This document shows positions 44,617-62,436 of a stretch of 64,000 nucleotides of DNA, piece after piece (within the stretch, counting starts at the first letter, position 1; each line of letters starts with the position of its first letter). The DNA is taken from assembly GCA_951406725.2 (NCBI GenBank), contig OX597833.1, positions 27,466,001 through 27,530,000 on the forward strand, written 5' to 3'. The translations under genes and the position numbers were made by a program. The notes beneath the pieces are model-generated. The model saw nothing but the letters and a program-made list of their open reading frames with translations. It searched no databases and was not told the origin of the DNA. Source of the stretch: Octopus vulgaris (lineage: Eukaryota).

Positions 44617-46919
44617 CACACCCACACATATTTATAAGCACTACTGGCACACAACCCACTTACCATCTTCAAGATATTTCCACCACCCATCATCTCCTCT
44701 AACTGCAGTGTTCTGCTATTCTAATTAAATGCAAGCAGACCTGCATACTTAACCAGCTTTTCCTCAATACCACTTATCTACCTTACTACCTGAAATCATT
44801 TCACTTGTTTTCTATTCTTCATTTTTAATAATGTCCTCTCCACATTTTATATCGATTACCCTCAACCACACATCATCTCCCTCTTTCTCTCATCCTTTCC
44901 CTGTCTATTCTACCATTAGTACTATCCTACTGCCCCACCTCTTTTTTGCACTATTGGTCATTTCCTATTCTTTCTAACTCATATGAATCATTGGTTACCT
45001 CCACCCCTTATCCTTCATTTACTACATCTATCCTTCAACCAATTTCTACAGCTGTCACCTACTCTTCCCCACTTGTCATCCTTCAACACTTCATACTTGT
45101 CCCCTGACCTATTCCTCATCTCTAACACAATCTTGTAACCTCTACCTACCCACGTTTCCTGTCGTCACTCATTTCTACTTGACTCATGCCTTGGGAGTGT
45201 ATACTAATACCTCATCATCAACATTTTATTTCCTTCCAGCTCCACCCCAACCACTCTTACTTTCTTTTATATAGTGCAAGTAACCATGTTGCTCTTCTAT
45301 AAGAAACCTGTTCTGTTCTGATCCCTTTTCTCATACTTTAACCCCTTATCATGAGCATAGAGCACCTTCCACTCTATTGTAGCCTCACTCAGTTGAAGAG
45401 ACTGATAGTCTTGCAAGCTGCATGAGGACTTCACTAGTGCTGGTGCCATGGAAAAAGCACACAACACACTGTAAAGTGGTTGGCATTAGGAAGGGCATCC
45501 AGCCATGGAAACCATGCCAAAGCAGAGAGTAGAGCACAGTTCAGTCCTTAGGCATGTTCGTTCTAGGTAAACCATCAAACCCATACTAACATCAAACATA
45601 CCTATTAAATGATAATGATAAACATTTATATGTATGAAGTGAAGGAATAGATGTGTGGTTGATAAGTTCACTTCTTAACCACATGGTTTCAAGTTTCTCT
45701 GACTTACTGCATGGCACCTTGGGCAAGTGTCTTCAACTATAATTTTAAGTCATTCAAAGCCTTGTGAGTGGATTTCACAGATGGAAACTGAAAGAAGCCT
45801 ATCATATATATATGTGCATGTGTTTCTCCTTGCCTTGGCATTACATGATAGTCAGATAATGAGAATAATTGCCATACAAGTGAGCAGCACCCATTTCCAA
45901 TCTTCCATGAAAACATGTCTGGTCATGGGAAAATATCTTATTTAGAAATAGATAAGGTTTGACAAAAGGGAGGGCTTCTGGTCATAGAAAATCTACCTCA
46001 ATGAATTCCAACTGACCTATGCAGGTATGAAAAAAATGGACATTAAAACAATGATCATATATATATATATAAACTTGATGATGATGATAATGATGATCAG
46101 TCTCCTGTGGAAAACAACTTCAGTAATGAGGACAGAAACACATCCAATAAACTTGCAGAAATGGTTGTCTGCAAGAGTGAGCTTCATGAGTCCTCCCTCA
46201 CCATCCTCCAGCACAACACCTTTTCCATTTTGTCTGCTGGGACCATGAGACAATCTGAATTACAGGAAATTGAGAGAATGTAATCAATTTTGTAGCTTCC
46301 TACCTGTAGTTGGTCTTTAGTTTGTTTTATTATTTCGAGCATCCTTCTGCTTAACCGTTCTCGTGAAGTGCTTGCAGATGTAGCATGTGAACAAACTGAC
46401 ATCTAGCAATTGCCACATAGAAGAGGGCAACATTCAAATAAATGACCCACTGAACTGGAAAGTCACAGGGTACAAACACAAGAATCACACCATTCACCAG
46501 TAAAAGTTCTTCAATGCAGTTAATTTGATTTTGTTATTTACAATTTCAATAAGTCCAAAGAATTTTATTCAATTTGATGACTGCACAAATCTATTTTCAG
46601 TCCTGAAGGAGCTTTACGTACTTGATTACAAGTTGAAGAAGTCAGACTTACTTTACTTTGAGCAGCATCACTACAAAGATGGCCAGTTAAACCAGCAACT
46701 GACCTCACAACAAAGTGACAGTTTGCAACACTATTCATATTTTGATAATTTTGCTTTCTGTTTTCAAGTCACAGGTTATGGTGATAGACTCCTTCTACTT
46801 CAAAGTTTACTGGTCCTATATGCCATTGTCCTCTCCAGTCGTTTTGTTTTTTTGCAATATCCCAGTCATTACTTTTTATGTTAAATTATCCCTACATTTG
46901 TCTTTATAATAAAAAATAA

Positions 46920-47170
46920 ATGCGCCCTTTTAAAGCCTAGCCAGGCTCATGGGCACGGTTTCCCAGCTTCAATGGCATATGTGTTCCCCAGCTGCATGGG
47001 ATGCCAGTCCATCGCAGTGTTACTCATTTTTGCCAGCTGAGTGGACTGGAGCAATGTGAAATGAAGTGTTTTGCTCAAGAACACAACGCGTCACCTGGTC
47101 CAGGAATTGAAACCACAATCTTACGATCATGATGCTGACACCCTAATCACTAAGCCATGCGCTTCCACCG
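46920..47170 (-). mobile_element. SINE family B
   Basis: Matches 2620-2835. Confidence 0.7.
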
Positions 47171-47511
47171 TTTGTCTTTATACTGTAGTAATAATCTACC
47201 AACCTTACACTGTGAGTTTAGTTGTTCATAAAAATTGCTATATATGTGTATATATATATGCAATCATCATTTAATGTCTACTTTTGCAGCGCCTTGCATG
47301 GGTCAAATAGAATTTGTTGAAGCAGATTTCCTTCTTGTTGCCAATCCTCACCTGTTTCCAAACAAGTTTGTATTTTACCAAAACCAGACATGTTTTTCAT
47401 GGAAGAATGGAAACAAACATCACTTGTATGGTGTTGATGCTCGTTTACAACCATCATGTGATATCATGACCAGGGTACTCACATACACACACACATTTCC
47501 ATATATATCTA

Positions 47512-48115
47512 CAGGGTGTCCCAAAATTAAGGCAACAATAAATGTTATACGATATGAGAATCATACTTCATTATAAAAGCTTCATGTGTCTTCTTTTTGT
47601 TTCAGACTAAATAAATTCAGATTTATAAAATGGATAATGGCTATAGACAGAAATACAACCATAACCCTCTACAACAGGAGTGAAAGTAATACAGCTATAG
47701 CAAAAAAAGCTTGAAATTAACCAAACAACAGTTAGGAAAATTGTCAAGAAATTTCAAGAGATTTGTTCCACTGCTGATCAACATGGACATAGTCAAAAAG
47801 AAGTGTGCAGACCCCTCAGCCTATCAAAAGTACCAGAGAAAAGATACAGCAAAATCTTCGTCATTCTGTCAAAAAACTGGCTGTCACAGCAAAAATAAGC
47901 TGAACATCAATGTATCAAGAGCTGAAGGAGGATCTCAGGACCCACTCCTACAAGATGATATGCTGTCATGAGCTCAAGCAAGTTTATAAGGCCATGAAAC
48001 TGGAGAGAAGTCATCTTATCCTGTGCATGCTGCCCACCCTGGTGTTCATTGATAAAAAGAAATGTGACATCAAACAGACAGTAAACCACCAGAATGACCA
48101 ACTTTTACCCATCGC
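47512..48115 (+). mobile_element. Decayed Tc1/mariner-superfamily transposon, 5' half
   Basis: TA|CAGGGTGTCCCAAAA left TIR; frameshifted HTH remnants and LKEDL...YK...VFID.KK....N.QND. Confidence 0.7.
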
Positions 48116-48186
48116 AGCCTGTATGTATATATATATATATACACACACGTGTATGTATATGTGTGTATACATATATATATATATAT

Positions 48187-50245
48187 AAGGGTATGAAACC
48201 AGGAAAAGCCCCCGGCCCATCAGGAATCACTGCTGAGATGCTTAAAACAGCTGGTTGTGTGGGCCATGGCCTAGTCACCCGCATTGTAAACCAGGTAGTT
48301 CATAATGGAGTCATACCCAATGACTGGCGTAGCAGCACCATAGTCAACTGCTACCAGGGTAAAGGTGATTCTCTAGATAGAAATAACTACAGGGGTATTA
48401 AACTGTTGGATCAGGTGATGAAGGTCACAGAGAGGGTCATAACCCATCTCATTAGGGAGAGAATTTGCTTAGATGAGATGCAGTTTGGTTTTGTGCCGGG
48501 TAGAAGCACCACTGATGCTATATTCCTGGTTCGACAACTGCAGGAGAAATGCCTAGCTAAAGATAAACCCTTCTACATAGCTTTTGTGGACTTTGACAGG
48601 GTCCCCCGATCCCTTATCAGGTGGTCGATGCAGAAACTGGAGATTGACAAATGGCTAATAAGGGCTGTACAGGCCCTATACAGAGAGGCTGTCAGCAAGG
48701 TTAGGATTGGCAATGAATATAGTGAAGAATTCCGGGTAGAAGTAGGTGTACACCAAGGCTCAGCCCTCAGTCCCCTTTTATTCATCATAGTCCTCCAGGC
48801 AATAACAGAGGAATTCAAAACAGGTTGCCCCTGGGAGCTCCTCTATGCTGATGACCTGGCTCTCATAGCAGAATCACTACCGGAACTAGAAAAGAAATTT
48901 CGGGTTATGAAGCAAGGTTTAGAATCAAAGGGCCTTAGAGTAAATGTAGCAAAGACCAAAGTTATAGTAAGCAGAAAGGTGAACTCATCACACACACCCT
49001 CGGGCAGGTGGCCCTGCTCAATCTGTAGGAAAAGTGTAGGTAGAAACTTCATAAGATGTACCCAGTGTAAGCTATGGATGCATAAGAGGTGCAGCAACAT
49101 CAAAGGGAAATTAACTGATAAGAAAATTCATGTGCGGCAGATGCACAGGGACAATAGACACCACAGATACTCAGAAAACAGATTCCATCACACTCCAGGG
49201 GGAGAAACTAGATGTAGTTGATAGTTTCTGCTACCTAGGTGACCAAGTTAGTAGTGGAGGTGGATGCTCAGAGAGTGTCACCACTAGAATATGAATAGCC
49301 TGGGCAAATTTTAGAAAGCTCCTACCCCTACTGGCGACAAAGGGTCTCTCATTCAGATTGAAAGGTAGATTGTATGATGCATGTGTGCGAACTGCCATGC
49401 TTCACGGTAGTGAAACATGGGCTGTGACTGCAGAGGACATGCATAGACTTGAAAGAAATTAAGCTAACATGATCCGCTGGATGTGTAATGTCAGTGTGCA
49501 CGCATGACAGAGTGTAAGCACCCTGAGAGAAATGCTGGACATAAGAAGCATCAGATGTGGTGTGCAAGAGCGACGCTTGCGATGGTATGGTCATGTACTG
49601 TGGATGGATGAGGAGAGATGTGTGAAGAAGTACCGCTCCCAAACAGTTGAAGGTATCAGGGGAAGAGGTAGACCCAGGAAGACATGGGATGAGGTAGTCA
49701 AGCATGACCTCAGAGCATTGGGCCTCACAGAGGCAATGACGAAGGACCGAGATCTCTGGAAATATGCTGTGACTGCAAAGGTCCCGGGCTGCTTCCTGCA
49801 CCAGTTCCGCATAGCCCCAGCCTATTCAAAGTACCTTGGATTTCAGAACAACCCACTGTGCTTGAGGAGACCTATTGAGTCAAGTACATGAACATTGAAA
49901 TAAATATCAATGGAAATAGTAGTTGTGATACCTGTGCCGGTGGCATGTAAAAAGCACCATCCGAACGTGGTCAATGCCAGCTCCGCCTTGACTGGCTTCT
50001 GTGCCGGTGGCACGTAAAGAGCACCAACCGATCGTGGCCGCCGCCAGACTCATCTGGCACCTGTGCCGGTGGCACGTAAAAGCACCCACTACACTCACGG
50101 AGTGGTTGGTGTTAGGAAGGGCATCCAGCTGTAGAAACACTGCCAGATCAGACTGGAGCCTGGTGCAGCATCCTGGCTTCCCAGACCCCGGTCGAACCGT
50201 CCAACCCGTGCTAGCACAGAAAACGGACATTAAACGATGATGATG
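48187..50245 (+). mobile_element. RTE-clade LINE, 5'-truncated, degenerate RT plus 3' tail
   Basis: MKPGKAPGPSGI, NYRGIKLL, QFGFVPGRSTTDAIF, GVHQGSALSP, LYADDL; frameshift at ~49125 and later stops; GRGRPRKTW; ends in (GAT)n at ~50245. Confidence 0.92.
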
Positions 50246-50269
50246 ATATACATACACACACACACACAC

Positions 50270-50658
50270 TTTCTTTTACCTTATTATACTGTGGCCATGC
50301 TGTGGCACTGCCTTAAATTATTTTTAATCAAATGAATTGACTCCAGTACTTTTATTTCCTTTTGAGACAGGTACTTATTCTATCAATTTCTTTTGCCAAA
50401 CTGCTAAGTTAGAGGGATGCAAACACACCAACACAAGTTGTCAAGTGGTGGGTAGTGTGGTCCAAAACAGACACTAAGACACACACAGATACACACATGC
50501 AGATATACATACAAACACACACACACACACACACATGCAGATATACATACAAACACACACACACACACATGCAGATATACATACAAACACACACACACAC
50601 ACACATGCAAATATACATACAAACACACACACACACACACATGCAAATATACATACAA

Positions 50659-50697
<39 letters not shown>

Positions 50698-50830
50698 CAT
50701 ACATACACCAGACTTCTCTCAGTTTCTGTCAACCAAATCCACTCACAAGGCTTTGGTCAACCTGAGACTATAGTGGAAGACACTTGCCCAAGGTGCCATG
50801 CAGTGGGACTGAACCTGGTTGGTAAGCAAT
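50270..50830 (-). mobile_element. SINE family A with an expanded internal CA/minisatellite
   Basis: Family A tail and head around repeated ACATGCARATATACATACAAACACAC units. Confidence 0.75.
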
Positions 50831-51472
50831 TTAAAAAAATTATATTGTTATTTTTTAAATGAAGAAAACCAAATCAAATATTAGTGTCAAGTTTTATTTT
50901 ACTAACATATATAGGGAAATGGGATTGTGTGTGTATATTTGTGTGAGGACATGTGTGCACGTATGTAGGTATTATTTATATAAAAGAATGTGTGTTTGTA
51001 TGCATGTGTAAGTAGTTGGGTGGAGTAATATGGATATAGAAATATAACAGTTGTAAGAAGCAATACTAAACAAAATATAGAAAAGTTTCCATTTGTAGTT
51101 CAGGTCATGGACATGATGACCTTTGACATGCCCAATTTTAAGGTTAGCTATAACATATCAGACCAGAGTTTCTGTTTTCTTTTCCTTTTGTGTGATGGAC
51201 CTGTAACATGTTTGAGTAAGGTGTTGTGATTTCATATGTTGACCCCTTGCCCTTTGTCACATTCAGGTTAGCTTGAGTCAGGTCAATTTCCATAAAACGA
51301 CCTATGAAAAGTTTAAGTTCAGATTGTACTTTCGCATGTTGACTCTTGACGCATTAAGGTCAAGTCATACTACATCATGACAAATTTTATATGCTGGCTA
51401 TTTAAAATACATCAGCTTCGGCACATTTAGAACATGGCATGTCGACATTTGACATGGTCAGTTCGGATTAGG

Positions 51473-52429
51473 TCAAGTCATTTTCATGTGTTGACCTTTG
51501 ACATGGCTGGACAGTGCCACCATGTTCTGAAAAGATCTTTTACAAGTGGTACAAGTGTAGGCCTTTTTGAGGGGGTTATGTATGACTTGGTGAGCAGTGA
51601 GTGAGTAGAGATATGCAAACTTTCTATGACATACCTCACACTCATACGAGCGTGGTTTATCAGCGAGTGGCATTGGAGTAGTCTCATGTATTTTCTTGTG
51701 CATCAATAGCACTGACTGTTTGAGGAAAGTTTTGTTGCATACATCACAAGTATAGTACTTTTCCACCTCATTCTGTGCTGGAGACTTTGTATGCGATACT
51801 ATGTGTTCAGTAAGGCTGGCTGCTCGTAGGAACGATTTGCCACACTCAGAACACTTGAATAGCTTCTCGGCTGAGTGAATCTGAGCATGTGAAGTCAGGT
51901 GTGACAGCCGGACAAAGGTGCGTGCACACACATCGCATGCAAATGGCCTGTTGGTATTTGTATTGTTGCGGTTAGACAACTGGGGAAGATTTGATGATGA
52001 TGGATTCCTAGTAGTAGAACTAGTGGTAGCGGCTGTATTATTAGTAGCAGTGGTAGAAGCAGCAGAAGTGATTGTGGACATAATATCATCTTCATCATTG
52101 CTGTCGGTGTGGTGGCCACCACCAGAAAAGCCTCTGGCAGTGTGAGCTGTTCTCTCATGTGCACCCCGGTCAGCAGCTGAAGCAAAAAGTCGTTGACACA
52201 CTTTGCAAGGATAGCCAAAAGCTGTGGCCATACCCAGTCGTTCTCTGTCTTTCCGCTCCTTCCTCATAATGCTGTGGTGAGCTTTCTCAGCATGGACGGC
52301 CAAAATGGATTCAGTTTGAAAATTCTTGTGGCAGAATCGACAGGAAAATGGTTTCTTCTTACAAAACAGTGGTTTCTTCTCAGGTGAAGGGATGTTTGTG
52401 TAATCATTGTAGTTGATGAGGTCACTCAT
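51473..52429 (-). CDS. C2H2 zinc-finger protein, ~318 aa, 7 fingers, single coding exon
   Basis: Seven CxxC-x12-Hx3-4H motifs with a Thr/Ser/Asn-rich spacer. An acceptor TTATCTTCAG|C lies immediately before the ATG at 52429 (MSDLINY), so the ORF-track extension to 52528 is probably intronic. Confidence 0.92.
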   Translation of the reverse strand: MSDLINYNDYTNIPSPEKKPLFCKKKPFSCRFCHKNFQTESILAVHAEKAHHSIMRKERKDRERLGMATAFGYPCKVCQRLFASAADRGAHERTAHTARGFSGGGHHTDSNDEDDIMSTITSAASTTATNNTAATTSSTTRNPSSSNLPQLSNRNNTNTNRPFACDVCARTFVRLSHLTSHAQIHSAEKLFKCSECGKSFLRAASLTEHIVSHTKSPAQNEVEKYYTCDVCNKTFLKQSVLLMHKKIHETTPMPLADKPRSYECEVCHRKFAYLYSLTAHQVIHNPLKKAYTCTTCKRSFQNMVALSSHVKGQHMKMT

Positions 52430-52711
52430 GCTGAAGATAAGAGTTAAAATGAGGATTAAGATGAGAATTAAGACAAGATCAAGATGAGGGTTACAATTAA
52501 AGTTAAAGTAAAAATTGTTGAAGTTCAAACAAGAGTTAAGATGACAGTTAAGGAAGGAGTAGAGATAAAAACATGCAAGTTAGTTGATAGTTAAAATGAG
52601 AGATTAAACAAGATGGGAGATGACACTAAACTATAAGCTGAGTGCTAAAATGAGAGATCAAAATAAGAGTTGAAACAACTCGTATTTTTGTCTTTGGTGT
52701 TCTTTACCTTT

Positions 52712-52894
52712 TTACCTTTTTCAGTCATTAGACTGTGGCCATGCTGGGGCACTCACATTGAAGAATCTTTAGTCATATGAACTGTCCCCAGTACATTTTT
52801 TAAAGCCTAGTACTTATTCAATCAGTCTCTTTTGCTGAACAGGTTGTCAAGCAGTGGAGGGAGGACAAACATACACACAGATATAAATACACAA

Positions 52895-52937
<43 letters not shown>

Positions 52938-53085
52938 CAGGCTTTTTTACAGTTTCCATCAACCAAATCCACTCATAAAGCTTTGATCAGCCTGAGGCTA
53001 TAGTAGAAGACATTTGTTGAAGGTGTCACACAGTGGGACTGAACCAAGAACCATGTGGTTGGGAAGCAAGCTTCTTATCAAACAG
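52712..53085 (-). mobile_element. Full-length SINE family A
   Basis: Head, core and tail all match 7441-7829. Confidence 0.8.
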
Positions 53086-54398
53086 ATGTTTAAAAAACAC
53101 ATTTTTTTTATTGTTACAATTTTTGAGTTGTCTCTACAGTTGTTATTTACTCTAAAGTCAACCAATCCAACAAACCTATAATTAAAGACATTCCAAATTA
53201 ACCATCACATCTTATTGCTTTCCCAAGCTGTGTATTTAGGTCACTATTATCCATTACGAAAGTAGAGTGTGATTTGAGGGAAATCTGGTTGCTACTTCTT
53301 GCAGATTGAATGACTACATGAAGACTCCCTTATTGACTTGTTGTAGCGCATGTTGATAGATGGTCGCAGTTAGCGAGTGGTTTAAGGATACACACAGGTA
53401 GCTGACCTGTAATAGATCTGTAGTTGACCTACGAGACAGATTCAAGCAGTCAAACAAATCATTTGTTCAGTGTATCACATGTCGTAGATTTGGGGTCAAT
53501 AAAAACATGGTCACAATTTTAAAAGCAGTAAGGCACCTCTTTTAGTGAGTTAAGCTGTTATATTAGTCTCAAATTTTGGTACAAAGCCAGCAATTTCAGG
53601 AGTGGGGATAAGTCAATTACATCAGCCCCAGTACTCAACTGGAATTCATTTTGTCAACCTCAAATAGATGAAAGGTAAAATCGACCTCAATAGAATTTGA
53701 ACTCAGAACATAAAGATGGACAGTATGCTGCTAAACATTTTGTCTGGCAAGCTGTTTGTTATTTTGACAAATCAATTAAATAGAAACCTCCTTTACTAGT
53801 TTGAGTTGTCCATATTTTCAAGGCAGTAGAAAAGTTGGCTGTTAGATTTAGTAACTAACTGCAAAGATGCTCCCTGACAGGTTCACAGGGTCCCTATTTT
53901 AAGAACAGTAAGGACTTTGTAGATGGTTATTTGGCTGCTACATTGAGCAGGATCAAGTGACTATTGAATATAATAATGATTATTGTATTGTAATTGCTAT
54001 ATCATCTTATAAACTCAACAAAACAATATGGTTCAGGTTGCACTCATAGCCACATTCAGATCAAAATATACATATATAGCAATCAATGGAGTAGAAAGAA
54101 CCCTTCAGTCTTGCATACAACATAAAAATTTCTCTAGTGTCGGTGCTACAATAAAAACGTATACAGTACACTCTTTAAGGTGGCTGGTGTTGGAAAGCAC
54201 ATCCAGCTATAGAAATCATGGCAGAAGGGAAGATATGGGGGTGAGACATTGTCTTCTGATCTGCCCAGGAAGAACTTGAATCAGATTATGATTACTAGTC
54301 TAATGCATAACAACATGGAAAGTAGCTGTAAAACAATGATGATGAGGTACCTATATTAGATATTGCCTGATTCCAGTATAAAACTTATAATTATATAT

Positions 54399-54557
54399 AG
54401 GTGCAGATGTAACTGTGTGGTCAAAAGCTTGCTTCGCAATCACACAGTTCAGGGTTCAGTCCCACTGCATGGCACCTTGGGCAAGTGCCTTCTACTGTAG
54501 CCTTGGGTCAACCAAAGCCTTGTGAGTGGATTTGATACAGGGAAACTGAAAAAAGCC

Positions 54558-54609
<52 letters not shown>

Positions 54610-54805
54610 TTGTCCCCTGCCTCACTGATACTGGCATGTTTTTGTCCCCACAACTTAGTGGTTCAGCAAAAGAAACAGATAGAATAAGTATCAGGCTAAA
54701 AAAAAATAAATACTGGGGTTGAAACATTCAACAAAAAGTTCTTCTGGGCAGTGCCCCAGCATGGCCACAGTCTAATGATTGAAACAAGTAAAAGATAGAA
54801 GATAA
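54399..54805 (+). mobile_element. Full-length SINE family A
   Basis: Head, core and tail all match 7441-7829. Confidence 0.8.
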
Positions 54806-55916
54806 AATATATATATATGTGTTCTCAGATGAAATCATAGACACCCATGTAGCAACATGTATGTTAATTTGCCAATAGATATTTGGATGTGAAAAAACTT
54901 TAAAAAACATAACTCAATATTTTCTGATAAAAAAGCATTAATTTAGATGTTTGTAAGTCAAAAGTAATTGATCTACAAACATATTTATTTGCTATTAAAA
55001 TATTTCAAAGTGAAATTATGCCCAAGCATGGCCACAATCTAATGACTGAAACAAGTAAAAGATTAGACAATCAATGTTAATACTACAAAAAAAAATAAAT
55101 TCTTGCAAAGTACTTCTTAATTGGCCTTTTATCTTTTACTTGTTTCAGTCATTGGACTGCATCCATTCTGGGGCACCACCTGCAAGGGTTGTCAAACAAA
55201 TCAACCCCAGGGTTTATTTTTTAAGCCTGGCACTTACTCTGTTGATCTCTTTAGCCAGGTTGGTAAGTTACCGAGACGTAAACAAACCAACATTGGGCAA
55301 GTGGTGGTGGGGAACAAACTTATATATATATATATATACACAAATAAGAAAATGGAGAAACAAATTTAGTTTATTCATCAACTTTCAGATATTAGAATGT
55401 TGGATTATTTATTCATTCAACAAAATGAGAACCTCAATATTATACATATATATCTTTAAAAAAATCAATATAAATTATTGGAATCATTAAAATCACTTCT
55501 TACAGCTGTTTCAGCCTATGGTTAAAAGTAGTTATTTTAATTTTTATTGCCTATAGTTGTCAACATAATGATGTTGTAGGCATTTAAAAATATGGTACTT
55601 ATAGATATAACCATAGGTCTCGTGTATATATGTATATGTCTATATGGATAATTGTTCATATTTTTTAATATATATTTTTATATATATTAAATAATTCGTG
55701 TATAATGTTTAATGTATTAATATTAATATTTTTAAAGTTCCTTATAACCTCTGAAGATGGGCTTTTTTCAGTTTCCATCAACCAAATCCACTCACAAGGC
55801 TTTGGTTGGTCCAAGGCTATAGTAGAAGACACTTGCCCAAGATGCGACGCAGTGGGACTGAACCAGGAACCATGAGGGTTCATAAGCAAGCTACTTACCA
55901 CACAGCACTCCTACGC

Positions 55917-60526
<4,610 letters not shown>

Positions 60527-60556
60527 AAGGGTGAAAAGGAACACACGAGTTGATAT

Positions 60557-61419
60557 ATATGAAAAAACAAGTAAAAAATAGAAAATGCTAAAATAATTTT
60601 ATGGTGAACATTTCAGTACCGGTTTCGGTCATTTTTGAGACCTTTTCAACTGTAACGATTAAATAATTAAATTTAGAAAAATTAGAAGAAAAGTTTTTTT
60701 AAAAGTTTTCTTAGTAGTGTTCAGATTTAAGTGGCATTCTGCCTTTCTCTTTCTTCTTCTTCTTCTTCATCATCATCGTTATCATCATCATCGGCGTCAT
60801 CATCATCGCCACCATCATCACCACCATCTTCTCCTTCTCCTCCTTCTTCTTCTTCTTCTTCTTCTTCTTCATCATCATCGTTATCATCATCATCGTCGTC
60901 ATAATCATCACCACCATCACCATCATCTTCTCCTTCTCCTTCTCCTTCTTCTTCTTCTTCTTCTTCTTCTTCTCCACCCCCTACCCCTTAAGTTTGTCAC
61001 TAATGTTTTTTAGTATAACACCTACGCTAATTCTATAAACAAACCTGTCAATATAAATATTCTCCTGAATTGAACTGAGACTGCCAGCCGCCACTGACCA
61101 TTCAAAATACGACCATCAGGGCACTCCCAGATTCTCCCACCCCCTTTCCTCACCAGCCTTCCCTCTACTACCCTACCAAGAACTCACAACTACCTCGAAC
61201 ACACAAGTGCAAACAAGGGAGTCAGAGAAAGGCAGAATGCCACTTAAATCTGAACACTACTATAGAAATATTCTTTTAAAAAAACTTTTCTTCTAATTTT
61301 TCTAAATTTAATTATTTAATCGTTACAGTTGAAAAGGTCTCAAAATGACCGAAACCGGTACTGAAATGTTCACTATAAAATTATTTTAGCATTTTCTATT
61401 TTTTTACTTGTTTTCATAT
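60557..61419. mobile_element. Non-coding element with ~195 bp inverted arms, each carrying a hammerhead-like motif (probably Penelope-derived)
   Basis: 60557-60750 is the reverse complement of 61224-61419; the centre is (CTT)n/(CAT)n-rich. Confidence 0.7.
61326..61363 (+). ncRNA. Minimal hammerhead-ribozyme-like motif with a U3-A8 core
   Basis: CAG-UUGAAAA-GGUC(UCAAAAU)GACC-GAAA-CCGG-UA-CUG; second copy on the minus strand at 60614-60652. Confidence 0.65.
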
Positions 61420-61519
61420 NNNNNNNNNNNNNNNNNNNNNNNNNNNNNNNNNNNNNNNNNNNNNNNNNNNNNNNNNNNNNNNNNNNNNNNNNNNNNNNNN
61501 NNNNNNNNNNNNNNNNNNN
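61420..61519. other. Assembly gap (100 N)
   Basis: Directly visible. Confidence 1.
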
Positions 61520-62436
61520 GATGTGATCTTTGCAGTGTGGGGTCGCGCATTGTCCTGATGAAACATCACTCCTTTTCGATTCACTAAAGTAGGTATTTTT
61601 TTCTTCAAAGCTTGGTTCAAATGCTCTAATTGCTGACAGTAGACTTGAACATTGATTGTTGCATTAGGTGGTAACAATTCAAAGTGAATTACTCCTTTGC
61701 AATCACACCAGATAAGAGAAGAATCTTTTTTTCTATGAAGTTCCTTTCTCGGTTGTGGTTGAGCTTTTTTCCTTTTAACAAGCCACTGCTTACAACGTTT
61801 ATCATTTTGATAGAAGATCCAATTTTGTCACCAGTCAAGGGTGAAATGAGTTCACGAGAATGGAGAGAAGAGCAGATGTCAACTTGGGATTTGTGGTTGC
61901 TTTCGGACAATTCATGAGGCATCCATTTTCCAAGTTAAGGAACCTTTCCAAGTTGTTGAAGGTGATGATGAAAAGTTGTATGGTTTGAACTAAGCTTTAT
62001 TGCCAATTGTTCAACTGACAATACAGCATTTTCTTCAAGTAATGCCTCAAGGAGCTTATCATCAAACTCAACTGGACGTCCTGTTCGATCTTCATCTTCA
62101 AGGCTGAAATCTCCACTACTGAATTTTGCAAACTATCTTCTACAAGTTCTTTCATTCAAGCATTCTTTCCTATAAACTGAGTGTATGTTTCAAGTCACTT
62201 TGGCTGCAGAATTTCCTTTTTTGTACCCATAAAGCATTATGTGCCTTAAATACTCTTTGGATACTTCCATATTAGAAAGCATTTTAATCAAAGAAATTTT
62301 AATTCTGTTATTCTGTAAAATAATATTTAATTAGTTTAAATGTACACAAATGCATAAAATAATTTTAAAATACTATTAAATTTCATTCAATTTTAAAAAA
62401 GGTAAAATCGGACAGAACTTATGGGATGACCTGATA
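61520..62436 (-). mobile_element. Decayed mariner (DD34D-type) transposon, truncated by the gap
   Basis: TIR TATCAGGTCATCCCATAAGTTCTGTCCG at 62436; MEVSKEYLRHIMLY, GDFSLEDEDRTGRP, PHELSE, TGD, FHQDNARPHTA; several stops. Confidence 0.9.

Noticed and set aside
46017-46900. Possible minus-strand exons or transposase remnant
   Set aside because: Splicing gives an early stop, there are many stops upstream, and no recognisable domain.
52430-52528. Hydrophobic LVLILILILIL N-terminus (signal/TM-like) on the ZNF ORF
   Set aside because: It lies upstream of a good splice acceptor adjacent to the ATG and is low-complexity intronic sequence with a non-ATG start.
60711-61013. Poly-Lys/Met and poly-His/Leu ORFs
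   Set aside because: Translation of (CTT)n/(CAT)n triplet repeats.
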